Positions 17,248-29,400 of a stretch of DNA of 64,000 nt are shown here, piece by piece. The stretch lies in sequence record OZ240615.1. One strand, written 5' to 3'. Under the pieces are notes generated by a model that was not told the DNA's origin, made no database searches, and saw nothing but the letters and a program-made list of their open reading frames with translations. Numbering within the stretch: position 1 is the stretch's first letter; each line of letters starts with the position of its first letter. The position numbers and the translations under genes were made by a program.

Positions 17248-20200
17248 CTATTCGCTATCGTACGCTTTCAGCATTTCCTGCTGAATGTTTTCAATAAGAA
17301 TGTTGCCCATCCCCAGAAGTAAAGCGGAGTTTACAATACGTGCGTTAATTGCACGGTAGGAAAATTGTAAATCAATATCCCACGGTTGACCGCCTGGTAA
17401 GACTGGTGTTGTCGTCCGACAGATTCCTTTATAGACACCACTCACTACGGACTTCTTCTGGTTACCAACAACTAACTTATCGCCATCGCCCATACCGCGC
17501 TGATGGGTAATGTAGATACGAATCGCCATCATATCAATCTCTAATGGCATCCCGTCAATACGGCTTGGGGTAAAGACCTGACCCGTTAAGGCGGTTTCGG
17601 TCCCCAATAACTTAGCATTCTTTGCCCGAATGCTGTCATACTTGTCAGCGATCTTACGCACCGAATCCGACATATCTTCTTTTTCACCGAAATAGAAGAC
17701 TTCGATCTTTTCAACCTTACCAACGTGTTTTGCACGCGGTGCCGGGTTACCTAAACGTTTCAACGTTTCCATTGTCGATTCGTCAAAGTAGTCGAAGGTT
17801 GCGGAAACTTCGTCCTCTATAAAAGCCAGCGTGTCTTCATTATCGACGTGCTGCCCTTCACTGACCAAGTTACGGATGGCCTGATTGAAGTTCACCATCA
17901 GCACACGAGTGTGCGTTACCAAGGTAGTCATCTTTTGCGATAAGCGTTCCGAAATCAAACTGGCATCTTCGAACGTGTTATTGTTCTCGACCAGCGCAAT
18001 GTTCGTTGTTACGCCATTCTTAAAAGCGACCTGAGTAGGTTCACGCCAATCTCGCGCAAAGAATCCAGGGTGGTAAGCCACGACATGGTCTTTATCTACC
18101 TTTGCCCCGACCTCAAGATCGCATACAACTTCATGCGGCTCAGTGTGACCGGTGACGATACCGAATTTACGCCCTAACTCAATCCGGTCTTCGCCAAGTT
18201 CAGGGTCGTCGTACTTGATCACAACATACCCTTTGGTTTTTTCGGTGATTGTCCCCGGACCTTTCGCCACAGAAGAGAAAAGGTCATCGGTACGCTGCGC
18301 CATCATTAACTCGTACCCTGTCCGGATATAACCTAAATCGTCTCCGACGGAATAGCGTTTATGACTGCTCTGTATGCCGATAAAGTTTACGCGCTTAGGG
18401 TCGTCGTATGTTGAAAAAGGCGAGACCAGTGCACTTGTAGATAGTACGTTACTGAACCCTTTCTCTTTGCTGAGATCAGTCTCAGTTCGTGCCGTCCCAC
18501 GCAGACTTGTCAGGTTAGGGTTAGCCGATAAGTAACAGTTAATCCCAACGTCGCCGTTATCCACCGAGGATTCAGAACGTATTCCGATGTCACTAGGATG
18601 GAAGGCACGTGTACGACGAGTCATGGATCGTTTTCCGCGACCACCCGTACCAGAGTAAGTCAAGTTCTCTTTCTCTTTAAGGTTCTGTATCGGGTTGGAA
18701 TCCTCTACCAAGGAAACAGAAGGGTCTTTCTGAATCGCTGAAAGGATTTCAAACGGCGGGAAATCCAACTGCGCCCTTGAACTCAAATTACTCGAGCTTT
18801 GTCTTCTCACGGCTTCAGCGAACGTTCTGTAGACCGCACCAGCCATCCTTTCATAGCCTTTGAAGAGTGAGCCCTGTGAACTCAGGTCACTTGGGTATTC
18901 ATCGGTTGCAAGATAGAAGGCGGCTTTTTTCAGTAGCGGAATAAACTCAGTCGGTTCATTCATCGCCTCCAGGTTTTCTTCAGCGATAGGGTCAATGAAC
19001 AGCGCTTTCAGGTTACTGAACTCGTACAGATATCTTCCCGATAGCTGCATGTCAGACAGTAAAGCGTTATAGTTGTCTTGATTGTCAAGTTCCGCGACCG
19101 AATAGTTTTTCAGTGCGTTTTTCCACAATTGGAGAGAGCTATAAATCAACACATCCGGATGAGTAATACGAGGGATCCGCCAAATCTCATCGGCAAAAAC
19201 GATTTCAAATGTATTTTGATCCGGTTGAACTCGGGCACCCTTTGTTCTACGTTGGGGTTTAATCTCCATCTTATCAACGAACTGAGTGAAACCCTCAAGA
19301 TACATTAAGACGATGGCCAACGGGAACTCTTGTCCTAATATTGAAATTGTGACAAGTTCATTAGGGCGGTTTACAGGGTCTGCACCAAAGAGTTTTGAGA
19401 TATGACCCAATCTCTCTGGACCGACCTGAAGATAGCCCTCTCTGTCCATGGTAACGGTAGACCTGCCACGTTTACCTACCGGGATATTTCCTTGCCCATT
19501 CCAATCCGGGAAATTCTTCCCAATGTTCGGATAGTCAAAGAAAAAGTTCATTCCCGCAGCGTCAAACGAAATGACTTCCTTCGCTATTGCCGAATAGGTA
19601 CGGGGAACGGGTTGTGAATCCGTGAATGAATTTCCGTAAACGATCTCGGTCATCAATGGTGGATTAGAAAGCGCCGCAACGTTCATAGCGTCTTTTAACC
19701 ATTCACCGTAATCGTGGCGACGTTTATCGCTACGGTCTACGAAGAGTTTTCCGTAGTAAGTTGAGAGCGCGACTGTGGATGGAGAAATTTTGCGGATCGG
19801 TTTATCGAAACGCAGTTTACGCATAAAGTATTTGATACCGCCAACTTTATACTTACCATTTTTATCCACTACCGGAAGCTGGAATCGCACTGTCGAAGGT
19901 GCACCTTTTACCGGGGAGATCTTCACGGTATAATCGTAAAGGTCATTCAGCGCATCGACCTGACGTTCAACTTTGAAGTCAGTGATGGCGTATCCGGCCT
20001 TCTGGAATCCGAGCACCAGATTGATCACGTCTTTCTGCATGACTTCTTCGACATACTTTCGATCGTAATCGATCAACGTACTCTTGAGCATACTTTTATC
20101 TTTGACGTGAGCAATATCAACCACTTCTTTCGGTTTAAAGTCCCAGACAATTTCCTTCGGAATTTGCCGATACTCTTCTAACGATATTTCCTCGTTAAAA

Positions 20201-21726
20201 GGAGAAGGGATCGTTTTGTAACTTTCCGCCAATCTGAGATGGCGTTTATATTCACCTTGGGTTATTAAGCCTTTGGAAAGAAGCGACTCAGCCTGGATCC
20301 GTATCCCAGAAATTAGCGGGTCTTCTACCTTATCTTCCAGAGGTGGCTCTATAACCGTCTCAGCGTCAACGTCAGGGGCTGAAACTAAACGCAAGGCCCT
20401 AGGGGCTTCAGTTGTCTCGATCTCTTCTGTCAGACTTTTAAATGCGTCTACAATCTGAGTACGGATTCCTGGTTGTCCCGCGTTAATTTTATCCCGAATT
20501 TCTTTTACCGTAACGGTTTTCTTCGGAATACCAGTCGGTGTTTCGTCTTCCGCGACAACTGTCTCAATTACAACGTCATCTTCAACCGTCTCGCTAACTT
20601 CCAGAATCTCGCTTTCACCCGTGTTCTCATCCGGGATGGTTTCTTCGATTGTGGCCTGTTCCTGAACACCCGTCAGTAATTTCAATGCCGTGAGATGCTG
20701 GAGCATTAACCGAGAGACCTGGGCGTATGCATCACCCTTCGGGTTTTCTTTGGATTTTGTCCAACGACTTAGACGCCCGAGGTTAAGTACTGTAAATTTC
20801 CCCATCCGTAAAAAGACAAAGTTGATCTTGTCGTAGTGGTCAGAGGGAATGATGTTTAACAGGGACTCTTCCCGCTTCTCAGAAAGCCATTGCCAAAGAT
20901 CTTGAATGAAAAGTGAGTCGTCATTCTGGAAATAACCCAAACGAATACGGTTCATCTCTTCCAACGCTAACCCGGAATGCTCTATAAAGCTGGAGTCCGT
21001 TTCAAACCCTAACGCGGATTCGTCGAAAGATTCTCTCGCTACATCACCTGGGAACTCGGATGAAATCCCTGGGAAATGCAGATCGAAAACGTCGCTGTAT
21101 GTTTGTACCAGTGATTTATTACGGTGTTGATTCTGATACGCGTTTAACAGCGGCACCCCGCCATCCTCTACGGAGATATTCAGCTGCATCTTAGTAGGCA
21201 TCTCATCAGGCACATTGACGAGAATGAATTGATGGCGGTCAGAATGTTCTGCGTAGTATTTCGCCTGAGTATAAAGCGTAGAGAGCAAATTCTGGAAACG
21301 CCAGAATCTCGCCATCGGCAACGGAAGATAACGCCATTGCATCGGGATCAGTGAGTAGTTTGCAAGGATCGCAGTATTTCTGTCATCCAGAGCGCGATTG
21401 ATATCGGTTACTCGACGAAAACCACGACGCTTTTGTATCCAAGTCCGTTTAAGGTTGGATACATTAAACGCACCTTTACGGCGAGGGGAACCGATAAAGC
21501 TGGTCATCTCCGTAACGTTGTCCGCATAAGGGCGGATACGCTCCCGTTGCAACGCAAAGAATGTTTCATCTGGACCGAGGTCAGTCGCGTTAGTCGGGAG
21601 GTAATGAACAATACTATTTTTTGGTAACGCGAAGTTTTCAATGTTAAAAGCACGAGGGTTCGATAATGTCGTACGATTACGAATTCCGTACGACATGTAA
21701 AATTGTTGGTACTGAATGTTGCTCAT
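17248..21726 (-). CDS. Virion RNA polymerase beta subunit, N-terminal part (phiKZ gp178 type), 1492 aa
   Basis: Beta motifs SESSVDNGDVGIN, GDGDKLVVGNQKKSV and DIDLQFSYRAINARIV. Confidence 0.92.
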   Translation of the reverse strand: MSNIQYQQFYMSYGIRNRTTLSNPRAFNIENFALPKNSIVHYLPTNATDLGPDETFFALQRERIRPYADNVTEMTSFIGSPRRKGAFNVSNLKRTWIQKRRGFRRVTDINRALDDRNTAILANYSLIPMQWRYLPLPMARFWRFQNLLSTLYTQAKYYAEHSDRHQFILVNVPDEMPTKMQLNISVEDGGVPLLNAYQNQHRNKSLVQTYSDVFDLHFPGISSEFPGDVARESFDESALGFETDSSFIEHSGLALEEMNRIRLGYFQNDDSLFIQDLWQWLSEKREESLLNIIPSDHYDKINFVFLRMGKFTVLNLGRLSRWTKSKENPKGDAYAQVSRLMLQHLTALKLLTGVQEQATIEETIPDENTGESEILEVSETVEDDVVIETVVAEDETPTGIPKKTVTVKEIRDKINAGQPGIRTQIVDAFKSLTEEIETTEAPRALRLVSAPDVDAETVIEPPLEDKVEDPLISGIRIQAESLLSKGLITQGEYKRHLRLAESYKTIPSPFNEEISLEEYRQIPKEIVWDFKPKEVVDIAHVKDKSMLKSTLIDYDRKYVEEVMQKDVINLVLGFQKAGYAITDFKVERQVDALNDLYDYTVKISPVKGAPSTVRFQLPVVDKNGKYKVGGIKYFMRKLRFDKPIRKISPSTVALSTYYGKLFVDRSDKRRHDYGEWLKDAMNVAALSNPPLMTEIVYGNSFTDSQPVPRTYSAIAKEVISFDAAGMNFFFDYPNIGKNFPDWNGQGNIPVGKRGRSTVTMDREGYLQVGPERLGHISKLFGADPVNRPNELVTISILGQEFPLAIVLMYLEGFTQFVDKMEIKPQRRTKGARVQPDQNTFEIVFADEIWRIPRITHPDVLIYSSLQLWKNALKNYSVAELDNQDNYNALLSDMQLSGRYLYEFSNLKALFIDPIAEENLEAMNEPTEFIPLLKKAAFYLATDEYPSDLSSQGSLFKGYERMAGAVYRTFAEAVRRQSSSNLSSRAQLDFPPFEILSAIQKDPSVSLVEDSNPIQNLKEKENLTYSGTGGRGKRSMTRRTRAFHPSDIGIRSESSVDNGDVGINCYLSANPNLTSLRGTARTETDLSKEKGFSNVLSTSALVSPFSTYDDPKRVNFIGIQSSHKRYSVGDDLGYIRTGYELMMAQRTDDLFSSVAKGPGTITEKTKGYVVIKYDDPELGEDRIELGRKFGIVTGHTEPHEVVCDLEVGAKVDKDHVVAYHPGFFARDWREPTQVAFKNGVTTNIALVENNNTFEDASLISERLSQKMTTLVTHTRVLMVNFNQAIRNLVSEGQHVDNEDTLAFIEDEVSATFDYFDESTMETLKRLGNPAPRAKHVGKVEKIEVFYFGEKEDMSDSVRKIADKYDSIRAKNAKLLGTETALTGQVFTPSRIDGMPLEIDMMAIRIYITHQRGMGDGDKLVVGNQKKSVVSGVYKGICRTTTPVLPGGQPWDIDLQFSYRAINARIVNSALLLGMGNILIENIQQEMLKAYDSE

Positions 21727-21742
21727 TACAGTGAAACTCCTG

Positions 21743-23374
21743 TTATGCGTCGCCAGTGATATTACGTAAAACTAACTGTACGTTGTCAACGTCAGCGCTC
21801 TTAGAGAGTGTGCCACGTGAAGATAGATACCACTCTTTGCGACTCTTTAATCTATTAAATTCCGCCAGGGAATCAGAAGCGTAAATAGCCGTGAAGGTAC
21901 AACGGTCACCGTCGAAGTCGGCCCCTAAGGGATTGAGGTAACTCACTCCTATCCCCATCGAGTTAACGTATTCTACTGACTTAGTTTGGTCAGGGAATTC
22001 AAAGCAAATATAGTCTTCGCCCAATCTTCGCCAGTCGTGACCAAGTTCAGGTTTCACGCTAGAAACAATGGTCGGTTTACAGTAAATATTTGCTATGAAG
22101 GTTGAACCTTGCCCTGTGACAGGGTAACGAGTTACAACACCCGCCAGTTTTCCCCATTCCCGATATCCCGATAAGTAATAAAGGGAGGTCATGTTGATAG
22201 GACTCACGAATCGCTTATCGAAACCCGCCGGGAGTTCATTAATGTCGGAGAAGAACCGGAAACCTTCCTCGCCCCAATAAAGAAGACCGAGATAAAAGCC
22301 ATCCACCATGATCGGCTTACTGCGGAACGCAGGGGTTTTGTACCGGGTTATTTGTGCGTCAAGACCATCGCGGGTCGTCCAGCGTTCAATCGCCTCCGGT
22401 GAGGGTTGAACATATTCTGCCCGCAGCGTTTTTGGGTTAGTCAGTCGGATTTCATCTTCGCTATTACCAGAGAAGACTTCACCTAACCAGCCTGACCGTA
22501 AGAAGTAACGTGTTTTCGGCAACACCGCTTTGATCGTCTGGTAAAGACCTAACTGAACATGGTTGACCCCAGGCGTATTTGTTTCACCGATTCGACCCCC
22601 GGTAATTTTCATCGGTGAAATGACGTTCGCCGTACCGTTGAGTATTTTACGAGAAGCCCATTTGGCTGCAGCGAAACCCTTTTTACCTTTAATCATGTTA
22701 AAGATACTTTCAAAGATTTCGTTGAACTGACGCTGGAGCTGTAAACGACTGTTGTTGATTACGGGGTCTTCGGAAGGTTCTCTTCCCGTGTCAAGACTAC
22801 TTGAAATAGAAATGATTGAGCGATAATATTTATTAATTTCATCTTCACTGGTTCTACCGGTGGGCTCAACCATTAAATCTCGTAGCCCGGCTGGCATGAC
22901 AAGTACTTTATCGACGAGGGCGTTTTCTTTGTTTTTGTTAATCAGCTTAACCCGGAGATTGCGAATTTCCGAATCTCCTTCCTCGATCTTCAGTTCAGGG
23001 AAGTGACGAACAAAGAAAGCGAAACCCGTATCGCCCTCCATTTCGTTGCTGGGTTCGAAATCAAAGGTTTCTGTGTTAAAGACCGCGTAACGTCTACCCT
23101 CTAAAATATCCAGGTATAAGCGTTTTAAAGAACCTAGGCGCTTATAAATGAGGGGGTGGAAAATTCGCGTGTTAAGATTAATGTAACTGAATCGACCGTC
23201 TCGTTCGGGAGAACCGAGGGGACCAAAAGTTTCAATAGAAAATAACCCATCCTTATGGAAGTTCCGCGTGCCCGTTTCAAATATTTCTGTTGTAACAGTC
23301 GGGCGCATACTCCGAATCAATTGCGGGGTTAGTTCCATGAGGAAGATATTGAAAGGAATATCATTGGTACGCAT
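21743..23374 (-). CDS. Virion RNA polymerase beta' subunit carrying the catalytic DFDGD (phiKZ gp180 type), 543 aa
   Basis: LGADFDGDRC, GKKGFAAAKWASRKI, DGLFSIETFG and VTRYPV. Confidence 0.95.
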   Translation of the reverse strand: MRTNDIPFNIFLMELTPQLIRSMRPTVTTEIFETGTRNFHKDGLFSIETFGPLGSPERDGRFSYINLNTRIFHPLIYKRLGSLKRLYLDILEGRRYAVFNTETFDFEPSNEMEGDTGFAFFVRHFPELKIEEGDSEIRNLRVKLINKNKENALVDKVLVMPAGLRDLMVEPTGRTSEDEINKYYRSIISISSSLDTGREPSEDPVINNSRLQLQRQFNEIFESIFNMIKGKKGFAAAKWASRKILNGTANVISPMKITGGRIGETNTPGVNHVQLGLYQTIKAVLPKTRYFLRSGWLGEVFSGNSEDEIRLTNPKTLRAEYVQPSPEAIERWTTRDGLDAQITRYKTPAFRSKPIMVDGFYLGLLYWGEEGFRFFSDINELPAGFDKRFVSPINMTSLYYLSGYREWGKLAGVVTRYPVTGQGSTFIANIYCKPTIVSSVKPELGHDWRRLGEDYICFEFPDQTKSVEYVNSMGIGVSYLNPLGADFDGDRCTFTAIYASDSLAEFNRLKSRKEWYLSSRGTLSKSADVDNVQLVLRNITGDA

Positions 23375-23420
23375 TGTTTAAATCCTGTTAACAGATGATT
23401 AACCTTTTTAAGGGAACAAA

Positions 23421-26400
23421 ATGGCCAAAAGAGAAAAAATAGATCTTGATCGTTTTGACGATTTTGATCTCGAAGATAACTGGGGTATGGACAGAGAACC
23501 TACTCCGGCGCGCGACGGTAGCGGGAAGCGCGAAGCGGTTAAAAAAGCAGGGAAGACCGTATTACGGGAAATGGGGAAAACTACCTTCACCACGCAGATG
23601 GCGAAAGCCATTCTGAAAGAGGCGATGCCGCGTTCTTTTACGACAACCCTGGATAACATCGACCGCGGACTCATCGACACCCGTGCACTCTATGCTGAGG
23701 TCCGGCGCGATGCCTCCCCGATGGTCAGGGAGATGAAGGTATTAGGTAGAACGGTCAACCGTTTAGTGCCTACACCATACCAAAAGAAAATTGACGCGTA
23801 CCTCAGTCGCCAGAGTGCCACCGATAACTCTGGGAAACAACTCGCAGCACTGAATATCGAAGATGCGGCGGTTCTACAATCCCTGGCGCAAGTTTTCAAC
23901 CAGGAAGAAAGTAAAACTAAACAAGAGAGTACGGACGAGCTCACTGAGAAATTAACGGATCAGAAATACAAAGTGAAGCTGGGTACCGCTATTGCGAGTA
24001 TTCAGAATTTACTGGCGAAGCAAACTGCTTATCAATTTGGTGCACAACGTGCATTTCAAAAGAAAAGTATGGAGCTTCAAATAAGACAGCTGATGGTCTC
24101 ACGGGCCCATTTGGATGTCGCTCAAAAATCCGCGATTGAAACGTCGAATCTGTTAAGAAGCATCGTGGAAAACTCTGCGTTACCGGACGTCGTTAAACAG
24201 CACCGTTCGGAAGAATTTATGCGCATGGGTCGCGAAAAGATCTTTGGACGTATTCAATCTTCAATGTACGACTGGACGAGTAATTATCGTCAACAGTTTA
24301 AAGACCGAGTTAAACAAGTAGTTGGGGACAGAGTACAGAAGTTCCAGACGGGCATGGGGTTAGCGAATAGTACCCTCGAACAACTGGAAATGCAGCGTGA
24401 GCTTTTAGCCTCAATGGGCGTAACCCCAGAAGAGTTCTTATCCGGTGCGGCCGGGAACTGGGGTGCGCTGCAAATTGGTAAACGCATCGGTCGCAGTATT
24501 AATCGCCGAGCACCGGCCCTCCGCCGTTTGGATGGATCGTTCCAGGGCGTTAACTACCTTTTTAATAATAAAGAACGTTTAGCAGCAGATTGGGGTAATT
24601 CAGGATACCGTTACGGAAAATGGTATAACCCGATTGAAAACTTCCTGAAAGACACACTGCGCAGTAGTTACAAAGATGGTGGCGTTGTTCGTGCAGGTGG
24701 GTTAGGGAACGGTGATAAAATCTCGTCTGTGGATGAGCGTAAACTCGGTTACATGGAGGAGATGTCAGGTTACCTGTCCCGAATCTTACATAGTATCGAT
24801 CTCCTAAGAACCGGAGACAGTAAGGCGCCACGTACGGTTTTCAATCGTCAAAAAGGGATCTTTACCACCTTCGATGAATCCGTCGCGAGTACCCGGGAAG
24901 CCCTATTAAAAGACACGGATATCAATGCCCAGCGAGAAAACGTTGAGCGGTTAATTACCTCCATCGACGGCAATAACCGACTGTCGCCACAGGCACGAGG
25001 AAAAATCTCTGATCACTTAATGGCACGTGCCAGAACCTCAAAAGCCTTTAACCCTGGTCAGATTGCCAACGAAAAAATCAATGGTCTTTCTCGTGACGAG
25101 ATGCGTTTATGGCAAGGGTTATTGGCGAAACGTTACGGTCTCAAACTTAACGAAAAAAGCGAATGGACACTCAACCCGTTCTCTTCTTCTAACGTTAACC
25201 TGAACATCGATGCAGGACAGTACAATTACGCTTCGAACCAGACACAGGGTATTTTTAATCGGGCACATGGACTAGCGCAAACCGGGAATCTGGAAGAGTT
25301 GATCTCTGAAGGGGCGGTTATCTTTAAAAACGGGAACTGGGAACTGAACCCGGAATATTACGGTAACCGGGTCGGTGGGAAGCGAAGCGGGAGTAATAAC
25401 CCGCCTTCAAACCCGGGAGATATGGGACCACCGAGACCGGGCGATCGTCCGCCAGTTCCGCCGACACCTGGTGGTAACCCGCCAGACCTGCGGCGTTTTG
25501 GACAAGACTGGACCAACCCCAATTCCGTTAACTTCAACCTCGGCGGATCTCAATTCGCGAGTGTCCTGACGGCACAAACTGATCGCATTCTGGAACGAAT
25601 GGAAAAAAGCCAACTGTTCTGGGACGAACAGATGGCACGTATCGAAAGTCAATTGGCTGGGTTAGGGTCAGCAGGGACTGGCGGCGGCGATGGTTCTGGT
25701 CAACCCCCTGGCTCAGGACCTCGTCGTCGGTTCAGTCGTGGTTGGTTAGGGCGAGGTTTACGTAGTGGGTTACGTGGTGCAGGTCGCGGCGTAAAAGGAA
25801 TATGGGACTTAGGTGGTCTACCATTTAAAGCCGCCGGTGAAGCATTCCGCAGGATCCGTCGACCCGCCTTTAATGCGGCGATGACCATTGGTACGTTTGG
25901 ACTTAACAAAGTCTTTGGTTACGGGATGCAAGCATTCGAGCGAGCCCAGGATGGGTACATTACCACAGTTAACGGTCTGAAGAAGGTTTTAACAAAGGAA
26001 GGGTTGGAATCGGGTCAGTATGTTGATCAGGCCACCGGGAAAATTATCAAAAAACTCTCCGATGTCAGAGGAGCGGTTTGGGACGTTGTTAATAATACCC
26101 AAGTCATCTCCGATGATGAAGCAAGGGGCGGATTATTCAATGCTGCCGGTACCCGAGTTAAAACTGCATTTAGTAAGACAGTGGGCGCGATTGGTTCTCT
26201 GATCAACGGGCGGTTTACACCCTATAACCTCATGAAAGGTGCGTTGGGTCTCGGCGGGAAAGGACTGGGTAGTTTATTAACCCGGTTACCTGACATCTAC
26301 GTCAAAGGGGAAAGTAAACCACGTCTTTACGCAAGTAAATTAGCGAATGGGGAATACTTCTCCATGCGGACGGGTAAACGAATTTCTAAGCTGTCCGACA

Positions 26401-29400
26401 TCGATGGTGATGTGGGTACTTTAGATCCCCGCACGCGAACAATGACGCCTGTAATGACCGCAGAAGACGCTGCCAAAGGTCTTGTTGATCGCAATGGGCA
26501 GGCTATCCGTACCGGCCTCGGAAGACTGGTAGGAATGTTAGGTAGCGGTTTAAGGGGTGCATTTAACTTTGCAGCGTCACCGTTTAAACTGTTAAACGCT
26601 ATGGGTAGAACCGCTGCTAATATCGCGACCTCCGGTATCCGAACAGTAGGGAATATTTTCACCGGCGGGGCGTTTGGTGGGCGTAGTATGGGTACTGGTC
26701 CTAATACGTGGCTGAAACGCATCTACCGATTACTTGTTAATCAATTCACGGGTAAGAATCCGTTAGACGGTTTAGAAGAGACCGAGGATGGTTTAGGCGG
26801 AATCAAAAACCGTCTAACGGGCGGCTTCGAGCGACTGAAGAACCGCGCTGGAAGTTGGTGGAATCGTTTACAGAAGAAAAAACCGGATGAGGCAAAGCCG
26901 GAACACGCCGAAAGGGCAGCGAAGGAATCAGGCGGTTGGGGAAAACTGATCTGGGCGGCCATCACTGGTGTGGGAGCGATTGTTAGTAAAGTTGCTTCTG
27001 GTTTTGGAAGTTTCTGGAAATGGATAAAAGAATTACCACGTTGGATTGGTGCCAGTAAAGCCGTGGGAGCGGCAGGCGATTTAGCAGGAGATGCCTTAGA
27101 CGGTGCGGGAAGAAGGAGAGGCGGGTTGTTACGCCGCGCCGGTGGCGTCCTGAAAAAAGTGGGTAAAGGTGCGTTAGGAGTAGCCGGGTTCTTAGGACGG
27201 GGTTTATTCAGCGGGGCCGGAATGTTGGCTCGCGGTGCGGCTGTCGCTGCTGGTTCGTTACTTTCAGCACCGGTGTTAATTGGGGCGGCTGTCGCGGTGG
27301 GGGTTGGGTATCTGATTTATAAAGGATACCAAGCGTACAAAAACAAACTCACCTTGCTCCGTAAATACCGAGTAGCGCAATACGGCGTTAACCCCAAAGA
27401 CGACGATAAAGCAGGTAAGGTTTTAGCACTGGAAGAAGCGGTACTGAAGTCCAGTCAAATCGACGGACAAGGGAAACTGAAAATCGGTTCATTACCTTTC
27501 CAAGATCTTGTTACGGCGTTCGGTATAGAGATCACCGACCAACGCGCTGTACAGCGTTGGGTACGTTGGTACCAAATGCGTTTTGCCCCGGTGTTCTCTC
27601 GTAACGTAGAGATTCTTCATCAAATGGATCCGAAAGCAAAAATCACTGACGCCGAATTTCTGAAAGATTCTCAGCGCGGTGATTTTGCAAGGAGCACCTT
27701 TATCGCTTCCGGCGGCGCGCAATCTCCTTACCTGGTTTCTGACTCACCGTTCCCGGAAATCTCTTCGGTCACCGGCGACCGGTTCGTTGCGGGCTGGCGA
27801 GACCAGGTGATTGCGGAATACGCCAAGGCAGAGAAAGCGGCTGTAGCGAGTGGTGAGAAGAAAGTGCTGGCAGTAGGGGAAGCGAAGAAACCGCGCGGAC
27901 TGGATGCGCTAAATCAAAAAGCACAACAGATGCAAGCGGCTAACGCAAACCGAAACATTAACCCAAGCACCGACCTCTACTATTCTCCTGGCGATACCCG
28001 TAAAGGTATGACATCTCTAACGGGCGACAGTCGTAAAGATGAGCTGATCGAGATCGGGAACCGTATCGATGACCTTACTTCGATACGGATGAAACTGTAC
28101 GGTCTGCCTGAGTTGGTGAAAGGTGACGTCAATACGTTGGTGGCGCTGGAAGCCGAGGCGATTAAACAGGTTCGTTATGGAGATAAAGGCGTCGCCTATT
28201 GGACCGGAAATACCGAGCAATTCTTCGCTAACTGGAATGGGCAATTCGCGGTTAACGTGAATAACCCAGACGAGAAAACGAGGTGGTTGTTCTGGTTTAA
28301 TAAACGTTTCCTTCCGGTCTTCCTGAACTTCTGCTCGGAAAGTAACTACCTGTCCCCGAACACGTCACCGCTTCAAGCATGGAAGAAATTGAATGCCAGC
28401 GATTTACTTAAAATCGCCAATTTCATGAACGGTGCGACAACTGAGGTCAATGGAAACCGGGTGTCGGTCTGGACGATCAAAGCTTCTCCTTGGCCTAATC
28501 GGATTTCCAATCTCGACAGTAGCGTCATTCAGTCTAACCTGGACGCACTACGTCTCGAGAGTAAGAAAGAAATTTACCAGGAGAAAGTAAAGACCGAGAC
28601 CGAGATCAGTCAAATGACTTTTGCCGGAAAACCGCTACGTGCCACAGTTACCGGGAATAAGATTGCCGATCTGATGACGGACGTTTCGGCGATTACGGCG
28701 GCAGGTAAAGGACGGGCGACTGGTAAAAACGGTGTAGGGATATATGGTCAGCGACTGGGCTCTATGGGAACCTCCTATGAGCGCGCGGAATCAGGCAGCA
28801 GCTTCACGGATACTAACTTGTTACATTCCGGGGAAGGAACAGGTGGTTCAATTAACGACATCCCTGAACCGAAAGGGGACGGGTGGGAAAACGTTAAAGA
28901 TTCGCTTGTAGCGGTCGCGAAAATGGTGGGGGTTGACCCCGGCTCATTGGCGGCGATGATTGCGCAAGAATCTGGGTTTGAGCTCAGAGCCAAGAATGGT
29001 AGTTCTTCGGCGGCGGGTCTGGGTCAGTTCATTGATGGTACCTGGAAAGAGATGCTCCCAATACTCGTGAAGAAATACGGCGTGAACCCTAATACGTCTC
29101 AGTACGACCCGAGAGCTTCCCTATTGGCAACAGCAGAGTACATGAAGAAAAACGCGGCGATTATCGGGGATATCGGAAGACCGTTAACGACCACCGATAT
29201 TTACATGGCACATTTCTTAGGTCCAGGAGGGGCGAAGAACGTTTTAAGAGTGCCGAGTAATACGCCGATTGCCACCGCGATGGGTGATCAGTATGCGTCC
29301 GCGGCCAAAGCAAACAAAGAGATCTTTAACGGTGTGAGAACAACGGGCGATCTCGTTGCAAGCTTGGGCAGGTACCTTTCCAACAACGGCGGGCGGTACA

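Noticed and set aside
17248-23374. Inteins or group I introns in the RNAP genes
   Set aside because: The frames are continuous and lengths are in the range I recall for phiKZ-type subunits. I saw no intein terminal motifs or LAGLIDADG/HNH insertions.
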